A stretch of 64,000 nucleotides of DNA from an uncultured delta proteobacterium (GCA_963745835.1 CAVUZH010000003.1:736001-800000); one strand, 5' to 3'. Counted from the first letter of the stretch, positions 29,186 to 40,475 are shown. Translations and numbers: made by a program. The notes: a model not told the origin generated them from the sequence alone.

Positions 29186-30331
29186 CTATCCCCGCCCCTC
29201 AAACAACTCACCGGCACGCACGGTCCACCTCGCCGCGATACGCCGCCTGTGCAGTTTCTCGGCGCCCACGGAATCGCGCAACATGACGGGATCGTCGAGA
29301 ATCTGCAGCACGGCGATGTCCGCTTCGCGGCCGACCTGTAGGCTACCGAGTCGATCTTGCCAGCCGACCGCTCGGGCTGGGTTGCTCGTGCAAGCGGCGA
29401 TAATCTGATCCAAACTCAATCCCAACGCTAAAAACTTTGTCATCACGGTCGGCAAATCACCGACGACTCCGAACCCCGGCTGCTTCAACCGACCGTGCAA
29501 ATCGGAGCTGATGATGTCTGGCAGTAAACCATCGGCCATCGCGCGGCGGACCAGATCGAAATCGAAATGGCCGCCGGCATGGCCGACGTCGAAGATGACG
29601 CCGCGCTCGTGAGCCTTCCGGACGCTATCGAGAAGCCGGGCGTTTTTATCCATGATGGAAGGTTGTTTTGGCGTGTAGCAGTGCGTGACAATGTCGCCGG
29701 CGCGCAGCGTATCGACGATCTCTTCCATAGAAATCGCTGTGTCGCCGACGTGCACCATTACCGGCGCGCGGCACTCTTCTCCCGCCTTAACAGCGAGCCG
29801 TAACACCTCTCGGCTGTTCTCTCCGACGGCTTTCTTGTGCATGCGCACTTTGATGCCCACGCCGACGTCGCGATTTTCCGCGACAATCTGTGCCGCGCCT
29901 TCTGGATCGGCGAAGTATATATTCTCTAATTCACCTGGATCGTTCAGCACGCCATGCTGCGCCATTGCGACAAATGCGAGCATGCGAGTACGGGATTGCT
30001 CATAGACCAGTTTGCGAAACCCCAGGAAATTAGTCGGTCCCGAAGAACCGGCATCCATCGTCGTTGTTACGCCGCTGGCCAGGCAAATCGGATCGGCATT
30101 AAAGCCATAAGGATTTACTCCCCAATAACTGTGCACGTGAAAATCGATCAGGCCCGGCGTGATGATGCACCCCTCGACGTTCAGCGCTTTCCTGGCGTTC
30201 ACGGCAGGGATGTTTGACCGGATGGCGGCAATCCGATCGGCGGTGATACCGATGTCCAACTTCTGATTAATGCCGACGCTAGGATCTATGACGGTGCCGC
30301 CGGTGAGCAGGAGATCGAAGATATCACTCAT
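29186..30331 (-). CDS. Amidohydrolase/deacetylase family metallohydrolase (dihydroorotase-like fold)
   Basis: PGLIDFHVH, GVTTTMDAGSSG, GIKVR, GDIVTHCY, DVGHAG, ISSDLH. Confidence 0.88.
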   Translation of the reverse strand: MSDIFDLLLTGGTVIDPSVGINQKLDIGITADRIAAIRSNIPAVNARKALNVEGCIITPGLIDFHVHSYWGVNPYGFNADPICLASGVTTTMDAGSSGPTNFLGFRKLVYEQSRTRMLAFVAMAQHGVLNDPGELENIYFADPEGAAQIVAENRDVGVGIKVRMHKKAVGENSREVLRLAVKAGEECRAPVMVHVGDTAISMEEIVDTLRAGDIVTHCYTPKQPSIMDKNARLLDSVRKAHERGVIFDVGHAGGHFDFDLVRRAMADGLLPDIISSDLHGRLKQPGFGVVGDLPTVMTKFLALGLSLDQIIAACTSNPARAVGWQDRLGSLQVGREADIAVLQILDDPVMLRDSVGAEKLHRRRIAARWTVRAGELFEGRG

Positions 30332-30473
30332 GAGAAGGCTGGATTCGGAAGCTTCGATGCCGCATCACCCGATTCCTTGCATCGCTAATTGCACCCGATG
30401 CGAACACGACCTGCGGTTCTCTCGTGCCTATCAAATCGACTGGCACGGCCTCAAACGTACAAGGGTTACCAGG

Positions 30474-31493
30474 TTAAAGAGCGTAGAGGGCACGTGGATT
30501 GTCGCCGAGAATTTTATCAATAACCTGGGCGCCGATCTTTCCCTGATTCCGCAACTTGCGCAAAGCTTCAATCTCGCTGGCGTTGTCGGCATGGCCATAA
30601 TCGGTGCCGATGACGAGATTATTTTCGCCGGCATAGGCGAGGATGTACTCGAGATCGTCGTCGGTTTGGCAGGTGACATAAACCCGGTGATCCTCCAGGA
30701 CTTGAGAGTCAAGCTGTTTGCCGCGGCGCTGGTATCGCCGCGCCAAATCATGGATCGCATAAGGGATCCATTGCGCGCTGACTTCGACAATGGCAATCCG
30801 CAATTTCGGAAACTTTTCCGGGATCCCCTCGACCAAAAGGGAGTGAAATGCGCCGACCACAGCGAGCTTGAATTTGCAGAAGCCCGGCTCGTCGAGAAAG
30901 AAGTCGTACGAGTCGATACTGCCGTTGGCCGAATGAACGCAAATCGGCAGATCAAGTTTGCTCGCCTCGTCATATAGCGGAAAAAAATAGGAATCGCTCA
31001 AGCGGCGGTCTGCTTCCAAGCCTCTTAGATAAACCCCGCACGCGCCGCGCTCCTTGCCAAATTTCAACTCCTCGGCGATGCGATCCATGTTGAGTAGTGG
31101 CGGGACCACGACCCAGCGAAAGCGTTCAGTCGCTTTTCCAACAATATCGGCCATCCAGCGGTTATAGCTACGGCAAAGCGCGAGATCGACTTCGGGCCGC
31201 CGAGCGGTCGGGAAGATAAAAATCGTAGGATAGATCACCTGGAGATCGATATTCAGCTCATCCATGTGAGCGATCCGGATGGTCAGATCGCTCATATCGC
31301 GCGCGGCTTCGGGCAAACTCTTTTCGACGTTGCTGCGCGGCATCAGCCGGCCATCAATCAACCAATAGTCGACGGATGGATCACCGTCAGTAGCGCCAAC
31401 GATTCGTGGTTTAAAACGGCGCTCGGATTCGAGCATATGATCCCAGGTCGATTCGTTCTCGATGACGTGAGCATCCGCATCAATCACCGCCAT
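30474..31493 (-). CDS. Amidohydrolase_2 family protein
   Basis: IDADAHVIE, YNRWMAD, LPICVH, FPKLRIAIVE, IGTDYGHAD. Confidence 0.87.
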   Translation of the reverse strand: MAVIDADAHVIENESTWDHMLESERRFKPRIVGATDGDPSVDYWLIDGRLMPRSNVEKSLPEAARDMSDLTIRIAHMDELNIDLQVIYPTIFIFPTARRPEVDLALCRSYNRWMADIVGKATERFRWVVVPPLLNMDRIAEELKFGKERGACGVYLRGLEADRRLSDSYFFPLYDEASKLDLPICVHSANGSIDSYDFFLDEPGFCKFKLAVVGAFHSLLVEGIPEKFPKLRIAIVEVSAQWIPYAIHDLARRYQRRGKQLDSQVLEDHRVYVTCQTDDDLEYILAYAGENNLVIGTDYGHADNASEIEALRKLRNQGKIGAQVIDKILGDNPRALYAL

Positions 31494-31596
31494 TGTTTAC
31501 TCCTTACCAAGCCAGCAGCTTTACTTTTGATTCAAAAGGCACAAATTGGAAATTGTTACGTAAAACCAGAGATGCAGTCATGATATTTAAGTTCGA

Positions 31597-32337
31597 TCAG
31601 CCTTCTCTAATAGTTTCTTTCACCAGCTTGCCATTGTCGTAGGCGAAGCAACCACCGCTGTGTTCCATCGACAGCTCCGCGGCGAGAACAAATCCTTCTC
31701 CTAGAATTTCGGGACCGGGCAGGCGCTTGAATGCCTCTTCCGGAGCATCCTCGGTCACAATCGGCACCCGCGGTGAAAAGGTCACGACGCAGATGTTGGA
31801 ACTTCTGACCTCTTCGGCAACATAGCGACTGAAGGTTCGAATGCCATCTTTGGTCACCATGTAAGCGCAGGCTCCGGCCGGAGTGATTCCACCGCCACCG
31901 TAGAGATTGATGATGTGGCCCGTCCGTCTTTTCTCCATGTGGGGGATCACATGTTTGGTGCCGTTAAATGTGCCGTTCAGGTTGGTCTGAATAACCCGAT
32001 CCCAAAAATCCTTGGGCATTTCGCTGATGCGCTGCCAGCGCGGAATGCCCCAAGCGAAATGGGGCACGATGGCGGCGTTGTTGACGTGCACGTCGACCTG
32101 ACCAAAATGGCCGACGACCTGATCTATCATGCGTTTGACGCTCTCTTCGTCGCGCACGTCCACGCCTATCCCGAGGGTTTGGGCGAGCCGAGCAAGTTCG
32201 GTCGCAGTCTTTCGAGCTGTTTCTTCGTTGATGTCGGCGATCACCACCTTTGCCTTGTGCTGTGCAAAAGTGGTCGCTGCATGGCGGCCAATCCCCTGCG
32301 CGCCGCCGGTTACGATAACTACTTTTCCTTCGAGCAT
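31597..32337 (-). CDS. Short-chain dehydrogenase/reductase
   Basis: TGGAQGIG, NNAAI, YMVTK (YxxxK). Confidence 0.9.
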   Translation of the reverse strand: MLEGKVVIVTGGAQGIGRHAATTFAQHKAKVVIADINEETARKTATELARLAQTLGIGVDVRDEESVKRMIDQVVGHFGQVDVHVNNAAIVPHFAWGIPRWQRISEMPKDFWDRVIQTNLNGTFNGTKHVIPHMEKRRTGHIINLYGGGGITPAGACAYMVTKDGIRTFSRYVAEEVRSSNICVVTFSPRVPIVTEDAPEEAFKRLPGPEILGEGFVLAAELSMEHSGGCFAYDNGKLVKETIREG

Positions 32338-32715
32338 GGTGAACCTCCTGAGACGTTTTCTAACGCGGCAACCGAGCGTTTGCTAGATCAGTCCTCAACT
32401 GTTTCGCTCGATGCCCGAATGAACCGAGGGCCGCATCGAATGTTTCTAATTAAAGTATTTGATCGGCCAGTTTACTGTCAATCAGCATACATCACATTTG
32501 CGATTCCGTTGACAAGGTGGCGGCTAAGTTGTTCGCAATTAGCGCAAAGCGAGGTGCAGCCGAGTGGCCAGTGGTGTGAGAAACGTGCTGCGCGATGCAA
32601 GCGGCAGGATCTGAGACGAATCGAGTCGATTCTGCCGGAGGTCGGAAGAAAAAGAAAATAGATGGGGTCGGCTACGGGTCACCGTTGAGGCTGGTCAAAC
32701 CAGCCGTGTCGGGAC

Positions 32716-34986
32716 TTAGGCGCCTGGGTTATTAGATCCGACAAGCGTGTTTGTGGTTTGATCCTTGAGCAAGTAATAGATTCTTTCCGCAGTGAGCGGC
32801 AGCTCGAACAGGCGAATCCCCACGGCATCGGCAATGGCGTTGGCGATGGCGGCCGGCGGGCCGTTGTTGGCAAATTCGCCGATAGGCTTGGCATTCATCG
32901 GCCCGACCCCGCCGTCGGAGTGCACTAAAACGGTTTTGAGCATTGGAATGTCGGCGATAGTAGGAAGCTTGTAGTCTCCCAAATTGTTGTTGACGATCCT
33001 GCCATCATTCATGATCAACTCTTCCATGATGCCCTGTCCAATACCCATTATCGTCGCACCATCGATTTGCCCTTGATGAGTCAACGGATTGATGATCGTG
33101 CCGACATCGTGAGCGGTTATCATCCGCTGGATCCGCACCACACCCGTCGCGGGATCGACTTCGACCTCGGCGACTTGCGCGCAGATGTAACTCACTTCGT
33201 CGGGATAGGGGTAGTCTTCATAAACTGTAACCTGCAGAGGATCCTTGGCTTGTGAAACCAGCCGTCGCATTGTCAGCTGCTGGTTTGGATCGTGACCTAG
33301 CCAGAACTTGCCGTTGCGGAACTCAATTTCGTCTGGCCGGCACTCCAAGGTACGCGCGGCGAACTCGAGGAGCCGCTCGCGCAATTCTCGACAGGCCTTC
33401 GACACAGCGTTTCCGGCCACGTAGGTCACGCGGCTGGCTCTGACGCCACTGTCGCGCGGCGCCGTGTCGGTATCGCCGATTACAACCCGCACCGCTTCAA
33501 CCGGGACATTCATCTGCTCGGCTACGAGTTGCCGCAAGATCGTATGAGTCCCCGAACCTTGATCGATGGTCGGGCTTAACACGACGAAAGATCCATCGGC
33601 CTCTGCGCTTAGAACAAGACCTGTGTCCCCGCCGCTGATATGCCGTGCCGAAAGCGAGATGCCGCGGCCGACATGGGCGCGAGGTTTTGAATTTTGCCAT
33701 TTAGCCGCTTTCAATGCGCCCTCTAGCACCTCACGAAATCGAACGTCGTGCAACCGATGACCGACCGCATCTTCTTCGCCTTCTGCGAGCAAATTTTTTA
33801 GCCGAAACTCCGCCGGATCGATACCAAGCTCTGCCGCGATCAGATCGGTATGGGATTCAAGAGCAAATGCCATCGCCACCGCGCCTGGGCTCCGATAGTA
33901 TCCGCCCGGCACAGTGTTGGTGTAGATCTGCAAAAATTCGAAATGGGAGTTTTCCACCCGGTAGGGAACGCCGACGTAGTGCCAGGTGGCCAGCGATGAG
34001 TTGGCTTTAAGCCCGCCGTAAGCGCCACCGGTATGGATCGCCCTCAAGGAACGGCCAACGATGCGACCGTCGCGGTTCACGCCGCTTCGTATGGTTATTA
34101 TGGTCGGATGCGCTGGATTGCCGGCCGACAATTCCTCAGCGTAATTCATGACGATTTTTACCGGCTGCGAAGATTTTTGAGCTAGAAAGTAGGCGATTGG
34201 CAGGTCGATTGCGTCTCCTTTGCCGCCGAATTCGCCACCAACATTGACCACATTGACGCAAATGCGCTCTTCCGAAATATCCAAGGCTTTGGCCATCTGG
34301 CTGCGAACCCCGAACGGATTTTTGGCCGAGACCCATACTTGGATACGATCATCGATGTCAATGCTGACGATCGCCGCGTGAGGCTCGAGATAGCCTTGAT
34401 GCCGAGCTGGTATCCTAAAGGTATGCTCTAGAACTACGTCTGCTTGATCCATCGCCTGCTCGACGTCTCCCTTACGCCATGCCAGCCGGGTTAAGCCGTT
34501 GGGCAGATCTGAAGCTAACAGTTCTTTGGGCGCGCCATCGTAGGCTGCGACATCTTCGTGTAGGCGCGGCGCATCCGGCTGCATCGCCTCCAAAGGATCA
34601 AATACAGCGGGCAATGTCTGGTAGTCTACTTCGATGAGACTTAGAGCTTCTTCGGCCGCATCTATCGATTCAGCCGCCACGGCAGCAACGCGGTCGCCAA
34701 TAAAGCGGACTTTGTCCCAACAAAGGACGGGCATGTCGCGAATCTGTTTGCCGATCAAGCAATCTTTGACGTCCGCGCCGGTGATGACGGCTTTTAATCC
34801 CTTAACTCGATGGGCTTTGCTTGTATCGATGCGCACTATCCGGGCATGGGGATAGGGGCTGCGCAAAATCTTTCCCCAGAGCAGTCCCGGTAGATGCACG
34901 TCCGCTGTATAGAGAGTCCGCCCGCTAACCTTAGCGCCACCCTCGTCACGTGTGACGGCTTCTCCGATTATCTTGAAGTCTTCCAT
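32716..34986 (-). CDS. Xanthine dehydrogenase family molybdopterin-binding subunit (stand-alone)
   Basis: LRSPYPHA, GGEFGGKG, YYRSPG, DQGSG, GQIDG, KPIGE; no adjacent small or medium subunit genes. Confidence 0.9.
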   Translation of the reverse strand: MEDFKIIGEAVTRDEGGAKVSGRTLYTADVHLPGLLWGKILRSPYPHARIVRIDTSKAHRVKGLKAVITGADVKDCLIGKQIRDMPVLCWDKVRFIGDRVAAVAAESIDAAEEALSLIEVDYQTLPAVFDPLEAMQPDAPRLHEDVAAYDGAPKELLASDLPNGLTRLAWRKGDVEQAMDQADVVLEHTFRIPARHQGYLEPHAAIVSIDIDDRIQVWVSAKNPFGVRSQMAKALDISEERICVNVVNVGGEFGGKGDAIDLPIAYFLAQKSSQPVKIVMNYAEELSAGNPAHPTIITIRSGVNRDGRIVGRSLRAIHTGGAYGGLKANSSLATWHYVGVPYRVENSHFEFLQIYTNTVPGGYYRSPGAVAMAFALESHTDLIAAELGIDPAEFRLKNLLAEGEEDAVGHRLHDVRFREVLEGALKAAKWQNSKPRAHVGRGISLSARHISGGDTGLVLSAEADGSFVVLSPTIDQGSGTHTILRQLVAEQMNVPVEAVRVVIGDTDTAPRDSGVRASRVTYVAGNAVSKACRELRERLLEFAARTLECRPDEIEFRNGKFWLGHDPNQQLTMRRLVSQAKDPLQVTVYEDYPYPDEVSYICAQVAEVEVDPATGVVRIQRMITAHDVGTIINPLTHQGQIDGATIMGIGQGIMEELIMNDGRIVNNNLGDYKLPTIADIPMLKTVLVHSDGGVGPMNAKPIGEFANNGPPAAIANAIADAVGIRLFELPLTAERIYYLLKDQTTNTLVGSNNPGA

Positions 34987-35154
34987 GTGAAAGCCTGCAT
35001 TTCCATGCCGTTTATTCTCGTGTCGTAAACCCGAGCGATGGTCCTCGAGAGGTTAGCGAACGTCACTTGATGGTTTGAACCGTCCAGAACTGTTTAATGG
35101 GCTCGGACGGAACCCAGCATCGCTTGTCGAGATGCCAGTTGCTATACTGCTGAC

Positions 35155-35598
35155 ATGGACTGGAAGGAGAATCTGATCGAAAGCCGGGCGCAGATCCGGC
35201 AATTGATTATGAAGACCCGCCGCATCGCCGTTCTGGGTATCAAGACAGAAGCGCAGGCGGGTCAACCATCGGTGTACGTGCCGCAGTATCTGCTTCGATC
35301 CGGCTTCGAGATTATTCCGGTTCCGGTCTATTACCCCGAGGTCACAGAGATCCTTGGGATCACGGTCTATCGGCGCCTGGTTGACGTTCCCGGGGAAATC
35401 GATCTTGTCGATGTCTTTAGACGACCGCAGGATATCGATGGCCACATAGACGATATTCTGTCCAAGAACCCGAAAGCCGTGTGGTTTCAATCCGGTATTC
35501 GCAACGAGCCAGCCGCCGAAACGTTGGCTCGGGCGGGCATTCAGGTCGTGCAGGATCGCTGTTTGATGGTCGAACATCGCTCGATAGCGGCTAGATGA
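35155..35598 (+). CDS. CoA-binding protein (YccU-like)
   Basis: RIAVLG, IDLVDVFRR, AVWFQSGIRN, VVQDRCLMVEH. Confidence 0.88.
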   Translation: MDWKENLIESRAQIRQLIMKTRRIAVLGIKTEAQAGQPSVYVPQYLLRSGFEIIPVPVYYPEVTEILGITVYRRLVDVPGEIDLVDVFRRPQDIDGHIDDILSKNPKAVWFQSGIRNEPAAETLARAGIQVVQDRCLMVEHRSIAAR

Positions 35599-35605
35599 CC
35601 TAACT

Positions 35606-36742
35606 TTATCGTCCGGCTTTGAGTTGCTTCATAAACCAATCAGCAATGTAGGTGCGTCGATCGAAACGCTTTTCACCATGGCCGACCCCATCCAGCATTG
35701 AGCGATCCGGCGAATTGATAGCCATCTCATAGAGCTTAAGCGCGCCCCGTGGATCCATCACGCGATCATCATGGCTGTAGCCGACCAGCAGGGGGCATTC
35801 GATTCTATTAGCCCGACCTTCCAGAGTGAATTCCTTTATCCTCTCTCTTGCTTGGGGTAAATCTTTGGCGCCGATCAGCCATCGCAAACGATCTTGGATC
35901 GGCGGGTAGTAATCGAAAATATCATGGATTAGATCATAGGCGCCGCTCCATACGGCGACCGCCTTGATGCGCTTTTCCGCAGTAGCGCAGCGGGGACCGG
36001 AATAGCCGCCCATGCTCGACCCGTGCAGGCCAATGCGATCGGCGTCCACGTCAGGGCGAGTAACCAGGTAGTCGATGACCGCTTTCGCCACGCGTTCGGA
36101 ATCCGGCGGCGCATAGAGTTTTCTCTCCCGCAGCGCGCCCCCGTGGCCCGGTCCATCGACATCGATGAAATGCATGCCGCGGCGCACGTACTGACCGGCG
36201 CCGCCGTCTTCGCCTCTCAAGAGAATGCCGTCGGCGCCGCCGTAGTTGTAAACCGCCGGCAAGCGAGCTCCCGCTCTGCCGCGGCCAGGGAAAAAAAGCG
36301 TCTCGAGGAGGTGCCCCTCATACGGGATCTTCACGCGTTCAAAAGGGGCGGGCACAAGGCTCCATGCCTTGTCGAAAGTTTCCTGAAGCTTGCCGTAGGT
36401 AGGGAGCATTCGAGAATCGGTGTCCGGCAGATAGACGAGCGCCCGACGGTAAAAATCCGCAGCACGCAAGTAAAACTCGTGCGCAGTGACATTGCGCTGT
36501 TGAGCAACGAATCCCGCGGCAAGCTCTTCGTTCTTGGCCGCCATCGCGCTCCATTCTGAATACCAGCTTTGGAGATTGTACGGCTTGACGGTCCGAGCAA
36601 CCCGGCGAATGTCTGGGTCCGGGTGATTGGCTGAAATCTCCATGCGCACTTCCAGCTGTCCACCACCCGGTAGGCCGCTAGCCGGAAACAACGCTCGTTC
36701 CGCAGCATCCTTATCTAAAACATCGCCGCCCTGATCGGCCAT
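35606..36742 (-). CDS. Alpha/beta hydrolase (2,6-dihydroxypseudooxynicotine hydrolase / FrsA-like)
   Basis: ERVKIPYEG, GGAD, DGPGHG, GSSMGGY nucleophile elbow, C-terminal GH. Confidence 0.82.
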   Translation of the reverse strand: MADQGGDVLDKDAAERALFPASGLPGGGQLEVRMEISANHPDPDIRRVARTVKPYNLQSWYSEWSAMAAKNEELAAGFVAQQRNVTAHEFYLRAADFYRRALVYLPDTDSRMLPTYGKLQETFDKAWSLVPAPFERVKIPYEGHLLETLFFPGRGRAGARLPAVYNYGGADGILLRGEDGGAGQYVRRGMHFIDVDGPGHGGALRERKLYAPPDSERVAKAVIDYLVTRPDVDADRIGLHGSSMGGYSGPRCATAEKRIKAVAVWSGAYDLIHDIFDYYPPIQDRLRWLIGAKDLPQARERIKEFTLEGRANRIECPLLVGYSHDDRVMDPRGALKLYEMAINSPDRSMLDGVGHGEKRFDRRTYIADWFMKQLKAGR

Positions 36743-36987
36743 AAGTTACCTCCGTCATTTAAATCGGTACCGGCTTGGATTGTCTTGCCCCAGACCGGCC
36801 TAAAATTCAACGGCACAGCCGGCGAGTGAGGAAATTCTTGACGTGGTGGGATCTATCTAACGCGAATCTCGCGATCCATTTGCACCAGCGCCAGTGCGAA
36901 ATGGTGATTGCTGTTGTCAGTTTCGAACGCGAAGCTAAAAGCGTAATCAGAGACTATAAAGTTCGGCGGTCTGATTTCGGGTTGCCA

Positions 36988-37758
36988 TTAGGTGCCGCAA
37001 TGCAGACGCCTGCAGGCTAAAACGAAAGACGAAAGAATCCTTCGCTGGACAGCCACACTCCGCGCCAGGACTTCAGGATGCCACTGCAGTCCAAGAACAA
37101 ACGAGTGCTTCTTGCTTTCGATGCCTTCGATTAGCCCATCCGGCGCGGTGGCATTGACGGCGAGATCTTTTCCTAACTTGCGGATCGCCTGATGGTGGGT
37201 CGTGTTGACGTTCAGTGTTTGTCGGCCGCAGATTTTGTACAATAGAGTGTCGCGCGCCACTTCGACTACATGGCCGTATCTATCGCTGCGCGCCTCCTGC
37301 TGATGCTTTTGCGCGGCGGGAAGCTGCGTCGCTATGTCCTGGTAAAGCGATCCTCCAAGGGCGACATTGATCGCTTGTGCGCCGCCGCAGATCCCAAGCA
37401 TCGGCAGATCTCGGTCAAGTCCAAAGGCGATGGATTCCAATTCGGTAAAGGTTCTTTGAGAGTTGATCTTGCCGAGCTTGCCGATGGGCTGCTCGCCATA
37501 ATAAGCGGGATCAATATCAAAACCGCCGCCGCTAATGAGCAGCCCGTCGATGCGCCTCAATAGATGGCGAATCTGAGTTCGCGATCGCGAATGCGGAATA
37601 ATGATCGGCAGGCCGCCGGCGTTTTCTATGGCATCACAGTAGCGGCTCGCTAAAGAATACAGTCCTTCTCGGTTGGTTCTGGACCCGGTTTGTTCGCAGT
37701 CCGAGGAATCGGCGGTGATGCCGATTACCGGAAGGCGGCTCGTTCGCGCCTGGCTCAT
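36988..37758 (-). CDS. Gamma-glutamyl-gamma-aminobutyrate hydrolase family (peptidase C26, PuuD-like)
   Basis: DGLLISGG, LGICGGAQ, NTTHHQA, GLQWHPE. Confidence 0.88.
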   Translation of the reverse strand: MSQARTSRLPVIGITADSSDCEQTGSRTNREGLYSLASRYCDAIENAGGLPIIIPHSRSRTQIRHLLRRIDGLLISGGGFDIDPAYYGEQPIGKLGKINSQRTFTELESIAFGLDRDLPMLGICGGAQAINVALGGSLYQDIATQLPAAQKHQQEARSDRYGHVVEVARDTLLYKICGRQTLNVNTTHHQAIRKLGKDLAVNATAPDGLIEGIESKKHSFVLGLQWHPEVLARSVAVQRRILSSFVLACRRLHCGT

Positions 37759-39803
37759 TGATCCTGGGTGTATAAAGTTTTGTAGATTCGGTGATTGCGA
37801 AGAACCAGTTTAACGTATTGGCGCGTTTCGAGGTACGGAATTCGTTCGACGAATTCTTCAATATCATCCGTAACGATATCCTTTTCCCAGCGGTCTACGG
37901 CGGCTTCGCCGGCATTGTAGGCGGCTATCGCTTTAAACCAGTTATTTGAATAGCGCCGCATTAAGTTTTTCAAATAGTGAGTTCCAAGGACGACATTGAG
38001 CTCAGGGTCAAAAAGTTTTTCATTTGACGGAGGCTGTAGCCCGAGTTGTTTTGCTATGCGGGTGGCGGTCGTCGACAGCAACTGCATGAGCCCGAGAGCT
38101 GCGGCCGAAGACCGGGCGCGGGTGTCGAAAAGGCTTTCCTGCCGAATCAGCGCCACCACGAGATAGGGATCGAGCTCCGCTTCCCGCGCTTTGTTTTGGA
38201 TTGTTTCCCAGTAAGCCAACGGATAACGATGGAACAGGCGCTCGCCGGCGGATCCGGGAAGCTGCTGAGCGAGCGCCACGCTGCGAGCGAAGGCGTGACT
38301 GCTCATGTACTCATTGATCAGCAGCAGACGAAGGGGAGGATGCTGCGGGGCAATCCGGTTTACCTCGTCTAACTCGCTTACTGCGAGCGCGTGAAGTTTG
38401 AGATTGGCCAATTCGCGCGACCGGGCTAAATGAAACGCAGCCTCTGGATAAGGTCGCAGATCGAAATCGCTCGGCGCTGCCGGTTTAAGCGGCCTGCTCT
38501 GCGATGTCGCAATTCCAGCTTTAGCCAATGCTTGCGCCGCCAGAGCCTGATAGTAGGATTCTAATCCTTGATTGAAAATTTGCTGGTACAGACGGTTGGC
38601 TGTGTCATGCGCCCCCAGCTGGTGGGATGTTTTTGCCTGCCAATAGAGAGCGGCAGTCCTGTACCTTTCTTCTCTAGCGTTGCTCGCGAGCGATTTGAAG
38701 GTTCCATTTGCCTCCGCCAACTGGCCGCCGCGATAGTGCAGCCAAGCCAGACGCCAGATTGCATCGTCGCGTACTTGGCTGTTGGGAAACTTCTTAGGCA
38801 AAGAGCGGTATAAAGGAATTGCCTCATTGCTCTTGCCTTGAGACTCCAGGATATCGGCGGCGGCAAACTGGGCTCGGTCGGCTTCGGGCCCCTCCGGATG
38901 TGCTTTGATCAAACGTGTGAAATATTCAAGAGCTTGGCTGTTGTCATTGCGGTTCCACAGAATGTTGCCGATTCGATAGAGGGCAACGGCCGCTTCCGGC
39001 CTGTCGGGAAAATTGCGGGCGATTTCCTCCAGAAGAGGCATCGCCTCGTTTCTCTTGCGGATCGAGAGATAAAGATCCGCGAGCTTGGTCAGATTTTGCA
39101 GCCGTAGCATCGGGCCGAGATCTTGATTGAGCAGCTTCTTATAGAGCGCTTCGGCCGCGGTATGCTCTCTCTCCCGAGCCAGCTGATCGGCTTCATCCGA
39201 AACCGCAGTGACTGTGTTGAGGCCAAATGTTTCGGGATATTTTTCCCGCAAGCGTGCGACTTCTCGGCGCGCTGCGGCGCTCCATCGTGAGCGCGGCGCA
39301 CTCGTTCGCTGTTCCTGGAACAGCGAATGGGCCCGGGAGACATCTCCCTGGATTTCATGCGACTGTGCCTCGATGTAGAGCGCTTCTTCCGCAATCTCCG
39401 GTTTCAGGTTCTTTTCAGTCCGCAAGGAACGCAGCGAAGCAATAGCTTGGGGATAATTCTTTTCAGCAATGTCGATCTTGATCGCTTGCAACTGAGCGCG
39501 AGCGAACCAAATACTTTGGGGATACTCCTGGCGCAGCCGGATCAGAAGATCCCGTGATGACTGCCAATCGGATTCTTCAAAAGCGATGACTGCTAAATAA
39601 TAGAGCGCATAATCTGCCAGCGGATAGGGTGCGTTTAAGCTTTGCTGGAAAAACTCCTTTGCTTGAGAGGTCAAGCCGCTCGAATAGAAGGAGTATGCGC
39701 TATCAAAACTCTGGCGAGGATCGGGTTCTTGCGAGAGAACAGTCGAGGGATGGGCGCAAAGTGTCCCAAGGAAAAGTACCGCTGCAATAGCTCTGTTGGA
39801 CAT
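37755..39803 (-). CDS. Soluble lytic transglycosylase with TPR repeats (Slt70-like)
   Basis: Signal peptide from ATG 39803, TPR-like helices, SLT motifs IRQES, GLMQL, AYNAG, ETRQYV. Confidence 0.9.
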   Translation of the reverse strand: MSNRAIAAVLFLGTLCAHPSTVLSQEPDPRQSFDSAYSFYSSGLTSQAKEFFQQSLNAPYPLADYALYYLAVIAFEESDWQSSRDLLIRLRQEYPQSIWFARAQLQAIKIDIAEKNYPQAIASLRSLRTEKNLKPEIAEEALYIEAQSHEIQGDVSRAHSLFQEQRTSAPRSRWSAAARREVARLREKYPETFGLNTVTAVSDEADQLAREREHTAAEALYKKLLNQDLGPMLRLQNLTKLADLYLSIRKRNEAMPLLEEIARNFPDRPEAAVALYRIGNILWNRNDNSQALEYFTRLIKAHPEGPEADRAQFAAADILESQGKSNEAIPLYRSLPKKFPNSQVRDDAIWRLAWLHYRGGQLAEANGTFKSLASNAREERYRTAALYWQAKTSHQLGAHDTANRLYQQIFNQGLESYYQALAAQALAKAGIATSQSRPLKPAAPSDFDLRPYPEAAFHLARSRELANLKLHALAVSELDEVNRIAPQHPPLRLLLINEYMSSHAFARSVALAQQLPGSAGERLFHRYPLAYWETIQNKAREAELDPYLVVALIRQESLFDTRARSSAAALGLMQLLSTTATRIAKQLGLQPPSNEKLFDPELNVVLGTHYLKNLMRRYSNNWFKAIAAYNAGEAAVDRWEKDIVTDDIEEFVERIPYLETRQYVKLVLRNHRIYKTLYTQDQ

Positions 39804-39996
39804 CTGGTAAAGTTTAACCAAGGTAGTGGGGGGATTCAACGATTTTCTGTTAAGTCGCAGGCCCGCTGCTACCGGCGATCATCTTAGTGTTGTCTTTTGT
39901 TTGGATGAAAGCTAAGGTTTTTGATGGTCTCGGCTTGGAAGGATGGTCCCGAGAGAGCCCGCATCGCGACCAGATCGAGCAGCGAAGGAGAGTCGT

Positions 39997-40428
39997 TTGA
40001 AGATTGAGGGAAACTATACGTTCGATGCTCCGAGAGACCGGGTTTGGCAGGTTCTGCTCGACCCAACGGTGATGGCGCAATGCATGCCCGGCTGCGAGGC
40101 GCTCAACGAGGTCGGTCCCGATCAGTATGAAGCGACCATGAAGGTCGGTGTCGCCGCGGTTAAGGGCACCTACAAGGGTAAGGTAGCGATTAAGGACAAA
40201 CAACCTCCTTCTCATTACGTTTTGAGCGGATCCGGCTCCGGCGGTCCGGGTTTTATGCAGGGCGATGTTGCCATTGATCTGGAAGAGAGCAACGGAAAAA
40301 CCATTCTTAAGTACAGCACCGATGCTCAAGTGGGCGGCTTAATCGCTAGTATCGGCCAACGAATGTTGGGTGGGGTGGCTAAGATGATGGTGGATCAGTT
40401 TTTCAAAAAAATGGAAACCTTCATGTGA
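39997..40428 (+). CDS. coxG: CoxG-like SRPBCC protein
   Basis: TTG start after AAGGAG; VWQVLLDP...CMPGC, VGGLIASIGQRM...FF. Confidence 0.85.
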   Translation: MKIEGNYTFDAPRDRVWQVLLDPTVMAQCMPGCEALNEVGPDQYEATMKVGVAAVKGTYKGKVAIKDKQPPSHYVLSGSGSGGPGFMQGDVAIDLEESNGKTILKYSTDAQVGGLIASIGQRMLGGVAKMMVDQFFKKMETFM

Positions 40429-40475
40429 AGGCAGAGCCTCTTTCGGGCCGCAAAATCTCAAGTCCGAATTAAGTA